The notes under the pieces: model-generated
The model's database searches: none
Told to the model about the DNA's origin: nothing
The model's input: the letters and a program-made list of their open reading frames with translations, nothing else
Assembly: GCA_030141605.1 (NCBI GenBank)
Contig: JAQGDQ010000577.1
Location: forward strand, 62,001-126,000
Length of the DNA: 64,000 nucleotides
Direction: 5' to 3'
Source: Tubiluchus corallicola
Lineage: Eukaryota > Animalia > Priapulida
In this document: positions 39,163 through 52,030 of the stretch, piece by piece
Position numbering within the stretch: the stretch's first letter is position 1
How the letters are laid out: every line of letters begins with the position of its first letter
Translations under genes and position numbers: made by a program

Positions 39163-39259
39163 CTGGAGAAATATGATGCACTATATCTCATATAGGAATA
39201 TGTTGAATATCATACACAATTGCGGAAAACTACAATAGTATTCCTGCAATTTTATGTTT

Positions 39260-39800
39260 TGAATTCACCACGGTGTTTCTGTGAATCTTCTTGAAAAAGT
39301 TTTATGCACACTTTCGTGTTTCTACAATCCAGCATAGAAAGCCTTTTGCGCATCACATTGTTTCTATTTATCACCTTAGAAAGCTTTTCTATGCATCGCA
39401 AACTTTCCCTGCATCATCTGGCGATGTTTCTAAATCCCCACGACGTTTCATTGAATCTTCTGGAAAAGCTTTCGTGTGATGCTGCGGTTCAGCAAAATCT
39501 CTTGGAGAGCTTTCGTATGCACTACAATGTTTTCGTGAATCTTTCTGCAAAGCTTTTCTACATACCGTCATGACATTTTTTCTTCTACAAAGCTGTTTTG
39601 TATGCTGCGTGCTTTTGCAAATCTTCCCGCGAGCCTTTTTTGGGATGTGCACCTTCAGTTCTGCTGAAAGGTTTTCTGCAAAGTTTTTATATGCAACACG
39701 ATATTTCTGTGTGTTTCTTACAAAGCTTTTTCATACACCATTAATCCACAGTGCAAACTGCTTGCGAGGTTTTCCATGCGGCACGATGTTTCTGCAAATG
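39260..39800. repeat. Degenerate ~40-bp tandem repeat upstream of the GPCR ORF
   Basis: Recurrent ATGCAC-ACGATGTTTC-GTGAATCTT-CTG-AAAGCTTTT motif. Confidence 0.65.
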
Positions 39801-40681
39801 ATTACACGCTAGTGTAGTAGATTTGTCTTGCTGACTGTTAGCTCTTCCTCCAAAAGTTGCAAAATTATTTCGCGTTCCATATTTCTACCCGATTTCTCTG
39901 CCTTCATTTTCTTCGAGTCAGGGTGGCTGTCCAAAGTTCAAAGATATGAGTAGTGCGACGGTAGGAGGCTGGTGGTGAATTAACTGTGGAAATTCTGGCT
40001 GATTTCATCTCTGGATAATTTTTTTCTGATTAAAGCATTGTGTAATCTGTATGTGGCATAATGTGGCAAATTTTTCTTTTGCTGTTGTCTTGGTACATCA
40101 AATGCAATGCTTTACTCTACAGTTTGAATCATTTCATCATTTTTATTGATTGGCTTCTATGTTATCAACCACTTTGCCTTTTCAATAATTACCTGCTGAT
40201 ATGTAACAAAGTTACAATTTCATTATTGGAATAGTGACAGCAAGTCAAACAATGCATGCTTGTAGGTGCTCAGCGAAAATTTAATTATCGAACAGAATTC
40301 CCTGTCCTGGGCTTTCGCAACATTTAGCACAAACAGGAAATAGAGCAAAAGGCTTAAGATGTTGTTCAGTAATTTTGTTGTAGTCAGTGGTTTGAAATTT
40401 CATGTAGCATTAAGATTTTAAAGCATTTTGGTGTATTTAATTATGCCAGTAAGGCTTTTGAATTTACTTATGGCATGAATTAGTATTTACACTAGAAAAG
40501 ACTTTGTAATGAAAATTTCCAAACAGTTGACTTCTTTCGGTTCTGCTGCACAAATCCGATTCTCAATTATGATACTTACGTATACAACAATGATATCTAT
40601 GTACTCGTGCATTTAAGCATTTGCTTTAGGCAATGCTTTTGCTTTGAGACAAAACGTAAAACTGGTGTAATTCTATTTTAG

Positions 40682-40813
40682 GTGTTGACCTGTACTTCAA
40701 AACCAGACACAATACTGGTCTGATCCTGTTTGCTACGTCTCCCGGAACACAAGAAGAGGTGATAGCAATTCAGCTTCGTACAAATCGTCCATATTTTCTC
40801 TTTGACCCACAAG
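40682..40813 (+). CDS. USH2A: Usherin exon 24 (LamG1)
   Basis: ttttag|GT; LYFKTRHNTGLILFATSPGTQEE...YFLFDPQ; G|gtaaaa. Confidence 0.9.
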
Positions 40814-40943
40814 GTAAAAATATTGTTGTAGTGAATTTTGGTAAAGTCGACTGCCTGTCCTACAGCATTTAAGTAAACAAACAATGAACTTTCATGCCGT
40901 TTTACCGGTTGTCTCTGAAGTTACTTATAGTGCATTGAACAAT

Positions 40944-41624
40944 AAACAAGTCCTCGCTTAACGACCCCCCATTTAACGATGTTTCGTTTTAATGACGCTG
41001 ATCATTTGACACCTTTTTTTCACTTAACAATACACGTTTCGCTTTAACAATGATTTTTTTTACTTCGTCAGGGCAAATTTTTATTTTATTAGCAGAATTA
41101 TTACCTAATTCATTGCATTAAAACAACACCTATTACGTTATTCTGTTCTAAAAATGCACTAGTTATGTAAACAGTGTAATTATTTTACATGTTTTGCTTC
41201 CCGACTGACTACTGACGCTACTACTGTATTACTAGTGGTTTGTGTGCAGGTAGCAATTTTGCCTGCAATCTGAGTATGTAGGTAACTTTCCCATGGTTGC
41301 CCCAGGGCTTGACTCTGCAGTGTTTATTGTTCAGGCACTGACTAGGCTTATGTTAACGAAAGAAAAACCGCTATAGCTAGTTATTGGTAAGTAAAATATA
41401 TAGGTGGTTTCAGGCACACAGGAAGACAGTAATCAGTAGAAATATGAATAAAACTCATAGGATGTTTAACTTATATGATTTAAGCAGTATTGATTTTTGT
41501 CTCCTGAACGAATCTCAATTCTTTTACATTACTTTCTACGGAAGTCTTGGCTTCGTTTAACGATGTTTTGCTTAATTTCGCATTTTGTTGGAATGCATTG
41601 GTGTTGTTAAGCGAGGATTTACTG
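40944..41624. mobile_element. MITE family A copy 3
   Basis: AAGTCCTCGCTTAACGAC ... GTTAAGCGAGGATTTACTG-TA; interior colinear with copy 1. Confidence 0.85.
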
Positions 41625-42242
41625 TAGATTCTTTTAGTGAAAGTAGCAAAACGTCTATGGTACGTATTCAGCGTTTATCTTAGGGAATTATTCATGATAA
41701 TGAGGTAGATTGCAGTCTTGCCTCAACCATTTACATTAACTAGACCATCAGTGCTAAATTCTGGCTTTCAGTATGTCAGAAAAAAATATATCGAGTGTTT
41801 CATATCTCTGATATAGCAAGTGGCAGCGCATACAATGTCATTATTCGTTGGAATAATTCAACTGCTAAGAACTTGCCTTAAACACTCTATGGAAATGTAC
41901 ATTTTTTAAAATTTTAAAAGTTTTTACACTTTTGTGTAGCAACAACAGTATCCATTTCATAAACAACCTACTATACGATAAGTTCTGTTAACTTTTTATT
42001 CGAACAATTCATTGTTTCTATCGTTTTAAGAGTTTCACCTTTGCTGAGCTGCCAGTGATTTTAGCTTGAAGAAGCTATGTTGCATTGGTTTCAACTTTGA
42101 GTGTAGTTAACTAATTTAAATGTCACATAAGTTTCTGTATTTATATTACTTGTATATTACCTTGTTTCTGAAAAAATAAACATAGTATTTTAAGGTGACT
42201 TATTTACAATTTTTATTTTTTGGTTTATTTTTTTATTTCTAG

Positions 42243-42368
42243 GCTGCTTCTTTCAAGTGACACCTACAGATGATGAGGGAATCCCATATAGCGATAACAC
42301 GTGGCACCATCTGGTGGTAAGAAGAAGCGGCGATTACGGAAACATTACACTTGACGACGTGTTTTTTG
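42243..42368 (+). CDS. USH2A: Usherin exon 25 (LamG1)
   Basis: tttctag|GC; YSDNTWHHLVVRR...GNITLD; G|gtacgt. Confidence 0.88.
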
Positions 42369-42535
42369 GTACGTCAGAAAGTTTATCTGACATTATTTTG
42401 ATAAGAATTTGCACGATAAACTCTTGGAGAACGTCCTAAACTAATTTTTGTGATTGTGTTGTATACTGTTCATTTAGCAGATTTCGTGTACAAGTACAAC
42501 ATAATATTCTAACTTAACATTATTCACCTTTAATG

Positions 42536-43037
42536 CAAGGATGAGAATTTTCCGCAGCTACGCGGAATTCTGAGTTTTTGGAACACCAGTAGTGCCATTT
42601 TTGTAAATTGCGTAAATTCGTTGAGAAAATTTTTACGGACCCAGTACATTATTTCACAAGCTGACCGCTAGTTGGCAGACCGTCACTTTGTTTACATCAC
42701 GTACATTACTGTAACCACGTGTATATCTCTGTGTCAAAATATAGAATTAATTGTGCGGAGTTATGTGAGTCAATTGCAGACAGTTTTTTTATACTTTTGC
42801 ATAGGTGCGGCCAGTACTTAGGCGTTTTTGAGAAAATTATGTATCATGTATCCTTGATAGTTGGGTATTTTATATTATGCATAAAACAAGGTAATTGATA
42901 TTTTAAGTCCACTTAGAGGCTCTCTATGGTCACAAAATTGCAATTTGTTCCTGGCTCCAACCCCATTGGGGTCCTAGGCGGCCCCAAACGCCCCGGCCTG
43001 TTTCAGAGTTTTTTGTAATTTGTCATTCTCATCCCTG
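42536..43037. mobile_element. hAT-like MITE with 13-bp TIR and apparent 6-bp TSD
   Basis: CAAGGATGAGAAT ... ATTCTCATCCCTG, flanked on both sides by TTAATG. Confidence 0.6.
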
Positions 43038-43462
43038 TTAATGTCATCAATCCATTATCCTTCATTTTATGCCTCTTTTTCTGCAACATAAATTTCTTTT
43101 GTTTTATTAGAAACAAGCTTTATTTGGAATCGTCTATTTTAAGACTCAGCCGATAACAATTTTTGCAATGATGATCTGCTTTTTCAAATGATTCAGTGTG
43201 TAATTTATTACATATTTTAACAATGATGATAATACAGTTTCCTAGAGTAACTGGATCAAAGTCAGAGCTATCGGTGCTCAAAAAATTTAAGACGATTTTA
43301 ATTTGCTCCATTTAATGGAATTTGAAGTTTTTTCTCACTCTTTTGAAATTAGTTAATACAAGTATTCATCAATACATTTAATGATGGACAGCCTTAATTC
43401 TGATTTGAACCTCTTTCTCTTGGATTTGTCATTTAATGTGTAACGGTGGGTATATTTTGCAG

Positions 43463-43590
43463 GTGACAAGATTTCAGACTGTAATAGCGGAACAATCGTG
43501 GGCAGTAACACCGGAGTATATGTTGGCGGACGGCCAAAAGATTTTGTCGACAAGAGGATTCCATTGTCTAATGGAGATTATAGGCTACAA
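43463..43590 (+). CDS. USH2A: Usherin exon 26 (LamG1)
   Basis: tttgcag|GT; IVGSNTGVYVGG; CAA|gtatat gives the needed phase 0. Confidence 0.82.
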
Positions 43591-44155
43591 GTATATTTTT
43601 GCTTTATGAAGGGTGTTACAAGAGTTTTTGATATAAGTGAAATAGCAAATTTAAATTTTATCAAAAGTCATAAAAGGTCTATTATTAAACTAAGGCTACC
43701 AGTTCAGATGGACCCTCTCATAAAAACTAAGGACGAAAAAGGAGCACTTTACCACTAACCTAAGTGTCTTTGAAATAGATAAGCCTTCTTAGGACCTATG
43801 TGTGATTTTGTCAAACCATATTTTTCTGCGTTAAGTTCACCAATCTTTGCCAGCGCTATAGAGAAATTTTGGACACATTGATCTGTATTTTCACTAGATG
43901 CTCATCCAAACATAGTTGAAATACTTAACTGAAATTCAAAAAAATAGTATGTGCAGACAGAAGGGTTATGCAGTCTTGGGTTGCCCCAAATATTTCGAAG
44001 TGTTCGAGTTTTCGGGCACTTCGTGGGAGAAACACAGGAGAACAATGAGAATTGATAGAAACTCTGATTTTATTTTGGTATTTTACTTAAATACCTAAGA
44101 TCACATATATACACTCAACGTATATGTTTGAAGTCATTAGTTTTTTGTTGCCTAG

Positions 44156-44333
44156 GTAACAGATGACAGTTTTCGGGGATGTCTGCGTGACATCAAGATA
44201 CTTGTTCAAGAGTTTCCGGTAGAAGTTTGGAAGACGCTGGACTTTAACGAAGCCGTTATCAGCCGTAATCTGATTCCGGCTTGGAATGGTTGCCCTAACA
44301 ATTTGCAAGACGGGATACATTTTATGGGTCAAG
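44156..44333 (+). CDS. USH2A: Usherin exon 27 (LamG1)
   Basis: cctag|GTA; FRGCLRDIK...WNGCP...GIHFMGQ; G|gtacgg. Confidence 0.88.
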
Positions 44334-45035
44334 GTACGGAAATTATGATTTGTAGATGCTGGTCTGGTGTGGTGTCACTTAGTTGCTCCCCTATTTGATA
44401 ATACCTTTCAATTGTCATCAGCGTTTTTTTTTTAACGTTCAGAAGATTTCCATTAATATACCCTATGACTGAACCATTGCTCAGGTATAAAATTTAGTCA
44501 TTTGCTCTTATTGTATTCTTAAATTGCAAGATTAATTATAAATATTCATTGTTTTTATTTATTTGCTGTTTTGTAATTTTCTGTATTTAACATTTTTTTG
44601 TCATTGGAAGTGAACTTCTTTTATAACTGAATTTTTTGTAGCCTAGAAGCTCCAGTTTTCCTATCAAACACTACATTTTGGCTTTAGCAACTATTTTATT
44701 ACATAATTTTTCTAATAAGATTTTATTATTACATTTGAGACTGCTGCCATTCTAAAATCTGGAAGGAGAGACACTAGCTCTTTGTATAGAATTAATCTAA
44801 ACACTTTCTTTAATTTTTATTTTTTGATTGTTGCATATTTTAAGATCACAAATGCTGCTTACTAAGCAGTCGGCATGCTTTTGTAATAATCTTACAATAA
44901 ATAAGGGAAACACCGTGTTTGGTACGTCATTGATCTTTCTGCTTGAATATGTTTATATTGTGTATGCTTTTATTGTGATAAATATAGATAATATAGTCTA
45001 ACTGCTGTCCACGCGTCATTGCCTGATTTCATTTA

Positions 45036-46046
45036 TAGTAAGTCCTCGTTTAACGACGGTAATGCGTTCCAGCAAAGGGCGATATTAAGCGAAATGTCGT
45101 TAAACGAAGCCAAGACTTCCATAGAAAGTGATGTAAAAGAATTGAGATACGTTCCAGAGGCAAAAATTAATGTTAGTTAAATCATATAACTTAAGCATTT
45201 TAGGAGTTTTACTCATATTTCTACTGATTAATTTCTTTCTACTTACTTGAAATGACCAGTATATCTTACTTACCATTACCTAGCTATAACGGAATCCCTT
45301 TTGTTAGTGCTTAAGCCTAGGCAGCGGTTAAATGATAAACAAACGCTGCACAGTCAAAGCCATGCCCTGGGTGACCTTGGGAATTTTATCTAGATACTTA
45401 GTCTGGTTGCTATGCAACAGGTTACACGCAGAATGTTTGCTCAGAGGCCTTACTTGCTATCACCGGCTAGCATTTAGTCGGCAGTCGGGAAGAACAAAAA
45501 CGTTTATAATAATTACACCGTTTCTGTTATTAGTGCATTTTTAGAACAAAATGAAGCGATATGTGCTGTTATCAAATTAGGTCAAAATGTTGTTGATGAA
45601 ATAAAAATTTGCCATAAGCAAAGTAAAAAAATCATCGCTTAAGCGAAATCTTATCTTATCTTGTCTTGTCTTGTCTTGTCTTGTCTTGTCTTGTCTTGTC
45701 TTGTCTTGTCTTGTCTTGCCTTGCCTTGCCTTGCCTTGCCTTGCCTTGCCTTGCCTTGCCTTGCCTTGCCTTGCCTTGCCTTGCCTTGCCTTGCCTTGCC
45801 TTGCCTTGCCTTGCCTTGCCTTGCCTTGCCTTGCCTTGCCTTGCCTTGCCTTGCCTTGCCTTGCCTTGTCTTGTCTTGTCTTGCCTTGCCTTGCCTTGCC
45901 TTGCCTTGCCTTGCCTTGCCTTGCCTTGCCTTGCCTTGCCTTGCCTTGCCTTGCCTTGCCTTGCCTTGCCTTGCCTTGCCTTGCCTTGCCTTGCCTTACC
46001 TTATCTTATGTCGCTAAGTGGGGAGTCGTTAAGCGAGGACTTACTG
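45036..46046. mobile_element. MITE family A copy 4 with internal pentanucleotide expansion
   Basis: TAGTAAGTCCTCGTTTAACGAC ... GTCGTTAAGCGAGGACTTACTG; interior colinear with copy 2. Confidence 0.85.
45650..46010. repeat. (TTGTC)n/(TTGCC)n pentanucleotide microsatellite
   Basis: Direct inspection. Confidence 0.97.
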
Positions 46047-46588
46047 TCTATCTAATTAGAATGTGCTGCCACCTTGGCTTTCAAATTGGGCGTAGGCTGC
46101 CTGGTTCCCCTGCATTATTTTCAGTATGCATTGTTCTCAGCTGTACGTCGGAAGTGGGTCAAGTCGCCTGTCTTTGCGATGAAACTGGTAGCTAATGGAG
46201 TTGTACATTAATGACAAACTAGTGATGTATGATTTGTAGCAATAAAGATATTTGTGTTTGTGTTGATTTTATCACACTGTGTTGAAAATTAATTATATTT
46301 CTCCCGTTTAAGGCGTAACATGACCTACTTTACTAGAACCGGATGGCCAGGATAGATAGGAAATGTGAGAGTACTTTTTGTTGATACAACAACCTAAATT
46401 ACCAAAAATTTGTATTCATTGTGAGTTGTTACATAGTTTCAAAGTTTGCTGAACTTACTGAATTTATTCTCACATTTTCTAATTCTATCTTAAGGTGGCA
46501 CTGTCACAGTTGTAACAATGCATTTCTTCAATGTAACAATGTAATGCAATGTAACAATTCATTGTTGCTTCTGCATCCGTTTTTTCAG

Positions 46589-46750
46589 GATACGCAACAT
46601 TTTTGCCGACGTTCTTTCGGAGGTACATGCCAACAGTCAGGGAATTTCGGATTTCTTTTGAGATGAGAACAGAGCAAGCATCGGGGGTTCTGTGGTACCT
46701 CCATGGCGGTAGAGCAGGCTACTATATGTTCCTGCAGATGTATGATAATG
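46589..46750 (+). CDS. USH2A: Usherin exon 28 (LamG2)
   Basis: tttttcag|GA; GYATF...ISFEMRTEQASGVLWY; G|gtaagt. Confidence 0.88.
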
Positions 46751-46902
46751 GTAAGTGAAATTTACAACTTTGAAAATTACTAATGCATTGATAAGATTGC
46801 AAAAATTCATAACATTTCAACATTATGAACACCGTAGCTTAGTTTACTCATCCTGTATTAAATCTGACTTTGTAAATCCTTGGAGCAAGCTAGCAGATTT
46901 TA

Positions 46903-47028
<126 letters not shown>

Positions 47029-47061
47029 AATTATAGTCCTAAGACTTACAAAGAAAAAATT

Positions 47062-47137
47062 GAAATTCAACCGTGGAATTGAACCCATCACTTTGGGATA
47101 CTCTGTCAGACGTGTTTATCAGTTGTGCTGTGCAGCC
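47062..47137 (-). mobile_element. Degenerate tRNA-like SINE head
   Basis: Reverse complement GGCTGCACAGCACAACTGATA...GGGTTCAATTCCACGG has a B box and an eroded A box; next to an (AAT)n tract. Confidence 0.45.
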
Positions 47138-47332
47138 TCCAAAATGTTCATGCATCTAGAGTAAGATGAAAGGCTTGGATCAAAAGATTTGAAGCTTGCA
47201 GATATTCGACTTTTTTTTAACATTAATGGCAAATCTTAAGTTAGATGTCAGAACAAGTTACTATGTAAAGTATATAGGAAGATGTATTCCATTTTTGAAT
47301 GTACTTTGTAATAACAAGTCAAACTTCGGTAA

Positions 47333-47731
47333 GCCTTTTCACAGTTTTAGTGCCTGATGATGACTGTGTGAACTGTAAGGTTTACCAAGCAATGCATTTG
47401 TGAACACTTGACAACGCCTCGCAGCCCATGCTGTTGTAGTAGTAACAGATCTAACAGCTAGCTAGAACATTACCTAGTTCATTTTTTCTTGTTTGCAAGC
47501 AAGATCCTGCTAGTAAATCACTCTACACACAGACTAATGCATAATTAAGTAAAGTCCACATAAAACAACTGAAGTTAGTGAACTGATGCAGTAGACTGCT
47601 TTGCTTTAAAAAGAAAAGACTGCTTTGACATGTTTTCCCACATATCATGTGACGATTGTAGTTAAGACGCATTGCTGTGGTACACTGACCTATAGCAACT
47701 GTGCATGCGCATAATGAAATTGTGAAAAGGC
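47333..47731. mobile_element. MITE family D copy 2
   Basis: TAA-GCCTTTTCACAGTT ... AATTGTGAAAAGGC-TTA. Confidence 0.75.
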
Positions 47732-47797
47732 TTATTGTTTTAAAAAATTGATTATTTATGGTCACATAATTTTACAGTACATTCTGCTTTTTTCCAG

Positions 47798-47914
47798 TCT
47801 TGCAACTGAGAGTAAAATATAATGATTTTGATGCATCACTGGAGATTCAACCCGACAAGTACAACATCTCCCTATGTGACACCAACTGGCATGCTATCTA
47901 TATTGAAAAAACTG
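47798..47914 (+). CDS. USH2A: Usherin exon 29 (LamG2)
   Basis: tttccag|TC; ISLCDTNWHAIYIEKT; G|gtaagt. Confidence 0.87.
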
Positions 47915-49297
47915 GTAAGTTAGCTAATTCTGCTTTTCTATGTTTGGATTTGCTTAATAAAAGTACAAAGTAATATTACAGTTTACATGTTTATCAGCAA
48001 GCTGAATGGTCACGGCGTGTGGCTAGCTACTTAAGATAAGCAATGACAAGCCTGGTCGGCAAATGGATGGGTGACTACCTGGAAACCGCTTTTTGACAAG
48101 TGTGGCTTCATTTGCCTTGCTTCCCTTGATTATTTCCTTTGTTGAGAGTCTGCGATCGTTATGCGATTAAAAATTCTACTTCCATCTCAGCAGTTCATTG
48201 CAGGGATTAGTCTTGACAGATAGATTCATTTTGCAAGAATAGTTTGTTGTTCTAACTTCACACTTACAAGAACTAAGATTGTAGACTTCTTTCGCCCCAA
48301 AAAAGAGACCGAAAATAGATAAAATGGATATTCTTAATTTGCTGTTATGTATACCATTTTTTCATTTGGAACATATTGTTCATTACAGTAAAATTATCAA
48401 AAAATACAAAAGTTATCTACATTAAAGTAAAGAATTTAGAAAAGCAGTTAACAGGATGAGTACACACACAATTAGTACATAAGATCAAAACAAAGAAAAA
48501 AATTACAATACAGATACTATACTAACTATAGTATCATAAATAAATACATAATAGAATCCTCACTTATCATTGCTGCTACATTTTTACCTTTTAGACATTC
48601 CACTTTTATTGTTCTTTGTCATTCCCTCATTCCTTCAAGCAAAGCTTTTTCTTCGTGTATGTTTCCCTTTAAGATGGTAATTTTTTTGCTTTGAGAAAGT
48701 TCCATTTTGTGCAATGAATCCAGAGGACAAGAGGGTAAAATTAAAAATGAATAGTTCTTTGTACTGATATGTCAAACTGTAGGGACTTTCGCTAAGTATC
48801 TCGTTGGTCACGTGACCATGATCACTCACCTGTGCAGATCTGTTTCTACCTGGGCAAGTGAGTTAGTTGGTAGACGTTAACAGGCTTCTTTAAAAGTAGT
48901 TTTTCACAGTATGATATATTGGTAAATACTAGATTTGCTTTATGGAGACATACGATGTAAGTAAATACATCATTTTGTATTATTTTGAATGAAATTATCA
49001 CTTTGAACATTTTAATTTATTGAATGACAATCTTATTAATTCGATAGAACGTGGTATAAATTAGTAAAATTACCAAATTAGGTTTACTTAATGTTTGTGT
49101 TTAGTAAAGTCTAGAACTACAGAATTTAATGCAGATTTGTAAAATAGACTTTTTTATTTTTTTTCAATAGAAATGACGTATAAAACACTACAACATTTTG
49201 TTGGAATATGGCAGACATTGATTGTAGTACACAAACAATACTTGCATCCCAGTAAATAGAATGTCAACTCATTGTCATATTTTTCATAAAATTTTAG

Positions 49298-49468
49298 CGT
49301 ATGGTGTCGGTATGCATGTGGACTTCACCCCCACAGAGAGCAACACTAGCGTAAACGTTGATACGGTCCCTAGTGGAAACAGGTTTGCTTTCATGTTTGT
49401 GGGAGGCGTTCCACCCGGATCACAGGAAGCCCAGTACATACAGGAAGACAAGTTGTACAGAGTTAATG
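49298..49468 (+). CDS. USH2A: Usherin exon 30 (LamG2)
   Basis: ttttag|CG; FMFVGGVP; G|gtaatt. Confidence 0.83.
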
Positions 49469-49959
49469 GTAATTATGTATTTCTTTACTACTTACTGAAG
49501 TATTACAGCACCACTTCCAATGCGAATCGATCATTATCATAAATTATCATAAGCTTTTTCACAGTTGCTAACCAGATGAATTAGAACCGATGGTAATTTG
49601 CAGTGATTAATTATGTATGAAAAGTCACGCTACAGTGCAGCGTCCACCAGCCCAGATATTGGACTAGTAATTTGCAGGAAATACAGATGCTAAATAAGTG
49701 AGAACCCCAGGAAGTCATGTAGGGAAAATTTACTTTTAGCTAAGCATAATAATTGTTCATAATAATAATAATGAAATTTACTACATTGCTCTTGATGAAG
49801 GAAAACAGAAACCAGTTTTAGGCCACATTTTAAAGTAAGCTACAGTCCAAAATATTGCAAGGTAAAATGACTTTTTTTAAAAAAGCTTACATTAAAGAAT
49901 TATTACAACAGAAATTTAAGTTATTTAGATTTTCATTCTTGCTCTTGGCTTTACGTATT

Positions 49960-50410
49960 TGGATGGGTGGCATTGCCTGCTTGTTCAAAACAAACAAAAG
50001 AAGATTCTGTGTGCAGAACGCATACAGCTCTGTCATGCCATCGGAAGAACCTTGTAGATTTGTGCATAGCCCAGAAATGAAGTTTAAATTTAAAAAAATA
50101 AAACTGTGCACTTGAATTTCACCGAGATTTTGTGTTTCACTGTCAATGTCACGCACCGGTATATTTTAATTTTTCCATGTGCAGAGGTGTACAAAAACAT
50201 TGGTGGAAAGTTCCTGTTCTTAGGAAATTTTACCTAGCAGTGACGCCATTTCTAGTTGCATAGTAGCCTGTTAATTGCTTGTTTACTTATCATAATTATT
50301 TTGATAATTGTTACAAGTAACAGGTTATAGTTCGAACTATAGTCTAGACTATCACTTAGGCTATAGTTCAGAACACAGTATGATTTGAAAATTTGTCCTG
50401 TTTTATATAT
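49960..50410. repeat. Interspersed repeat family F copy 1
   Basis: Colinear with 52515-52915 (GATGGG...CATTGCCTG, CTAGCAGTGAC, GAAAATT.GTCC.GTTTTA). Confidence 0.65.
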
Positions 50411-50659
50411 GTTAATATTTGGAAAGGTTAAAAATGACGTTAGAATGCCATGAATCCCTGTAGCCCAGCTTAAGCCTTACTTTGAAGTTTGGACAATTTA
50501 ATACTGACTAGCAGAGATAAAATATTGTAAAAATATTGTTTGACTGCATAAAAGCACTCAGTTTGATGTGCGGTGCTGGTACTTTCCTCCTATGAAAATC
50601 TCTTTTTCCTAAATAATAAGAAAAGTTATTTGAATCTTGTTCGGATTTCTTTATTGCAG

Positions 50660-50866
50660 ATTTTTCGGGATGTATGCGTAACATTCTGCTGAACAACCGA
50701 GAGGCAAATTTCGCAAGAAGAGGAGGTGACAGCCTTAACGTGAATTTGGACGGTTGCCCACAATCTGTAGATGATCCGGTCTTTGTTTGTGAAGATCCTA
50801 CGATGACGGAAATTTACACGGGCAATGATACAGAAACCTTTGATCATGATCTAGAGTCATTTACGG
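50660..50866 (+). CDS. USH2A: Usherin exon 31 (LamG2 end / FN3)
   Basis: attgcag|AT; FSGCMRN...NVNLDGCP...DLESFT; G|gtaact. Confidence 0.88.
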
Positions 50867-50880
50867 GTAACTGTCACTGA

Positions 50881-51260
50881 GATAAATAATTGATATTATT
50901 TTCTTACAGTTAGCAGTCGATAATCGGTGAAAAATAAATAACTGATATTATTTTCTTACAGTTAGCAGTCGATAATCAGTGAAAAATAAATAACTGATAT
51001 TATTTTCTTACAGTTAGCAGTCAATGATAATCAGTAGCAAGTAAATAACTGTTAGCACTTTCTTACAATTAGCGGTCAGTCATAATCAGTGAAAAATAAA
51101 TAACTGATATTATTTTCTTACAGTTAGCAGTCAATAATAATCAGTAGCAAGTAAATAACTGATGTTATTTTCTTACAGTTAGCAGTCAATGATAATCAGT
51201 AGCAAGTAAATAACTGTTAGCACTTTCTTACAATTAGCAGTCAGTCATAGTCAGTGACAG
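50881..51260. repeat. ~52-55-bp tandem repeat just after the exon 31 donor
   Basis: Unit AAATAACTGATATTATTTTCTTACAGTTAGCAGTC..ATAATCAGT. Confidence 0.9.
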
Positions 51261-51829
51261 CATGTTGTTAACCAGTAACTGCTGTCACAGTTAACTAGAC
51301 AACCGATAACTTACCTTTGTATTTACCAATCACGTAATTTCAGGGAATAAATGGACAAATTGTCACTTGTAACATGTAGTTTAACTTTAAAGATACAGTT
51401 TGCAAAATTTGTAAACCGATTACCGAACCAGAATGAATTTGATAAACAAGAATTTAATATAATTATAAGAAAATCATCTCAGTTTCTTTGTTCAGTCACT
51501 TTAGAAAATGTAATCTATTGCTTCTGTTTTTGAGTCTATGCAGGACTATACCAATAACATATTTATTTAAACAACTTTTACTATGTTTTTAAGAAACTCT
51601 TTAGCATTTTTGCTTAAGATAGACCATTCTTTCTCGTCATTTTTATGATAGAATTCAGCCATCTTTGCTTGTGTAGGCTTTTAGCTTCTCACAGACTTAT
51701 TTAACTACTGTTCTGTTTGTATAAAAAGTATTTACTAGAACTGTTTACCACAATTTTATTGTTCTGTTGTACAGTATAGTATAGTGTTGTTATTTCTTTT
51801 AATTTAGTATATTTTTGACATTTTTGTAG

Positions 51830-51910
51830 AGTACATATATGAGCTAACTGCTAGTAATGATGTTGGTAATGTTACAAGTACTTGGGCTGCTGGCAGAACT
51901 AAGCATGGAG
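51830..51910 (+). CDS. USH2A: Usherin exon 32 (FN3)
   Basis: tttgtag|AG; EYIYELTASNDVG...WAAGRT; G|gtatgt. Confidence 0.87.
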
Positions 51911-52030
51911 GTATGTCATCTTTGCTCGATTAAATTTAACAGCACTAGTTTATAATGAACTACAAATTCTTGATTCTGTGACGTTTATTAAAACACTCAA
52001 TTAAGGTAACTCTTGCATCGTTGTTTACAG

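Noticed and set aside
46062-46320. Second solo LTR (TGT...ACA, AATAAA)
   Set aside because: Terminal inverted repeat is weak and there is no TSD.
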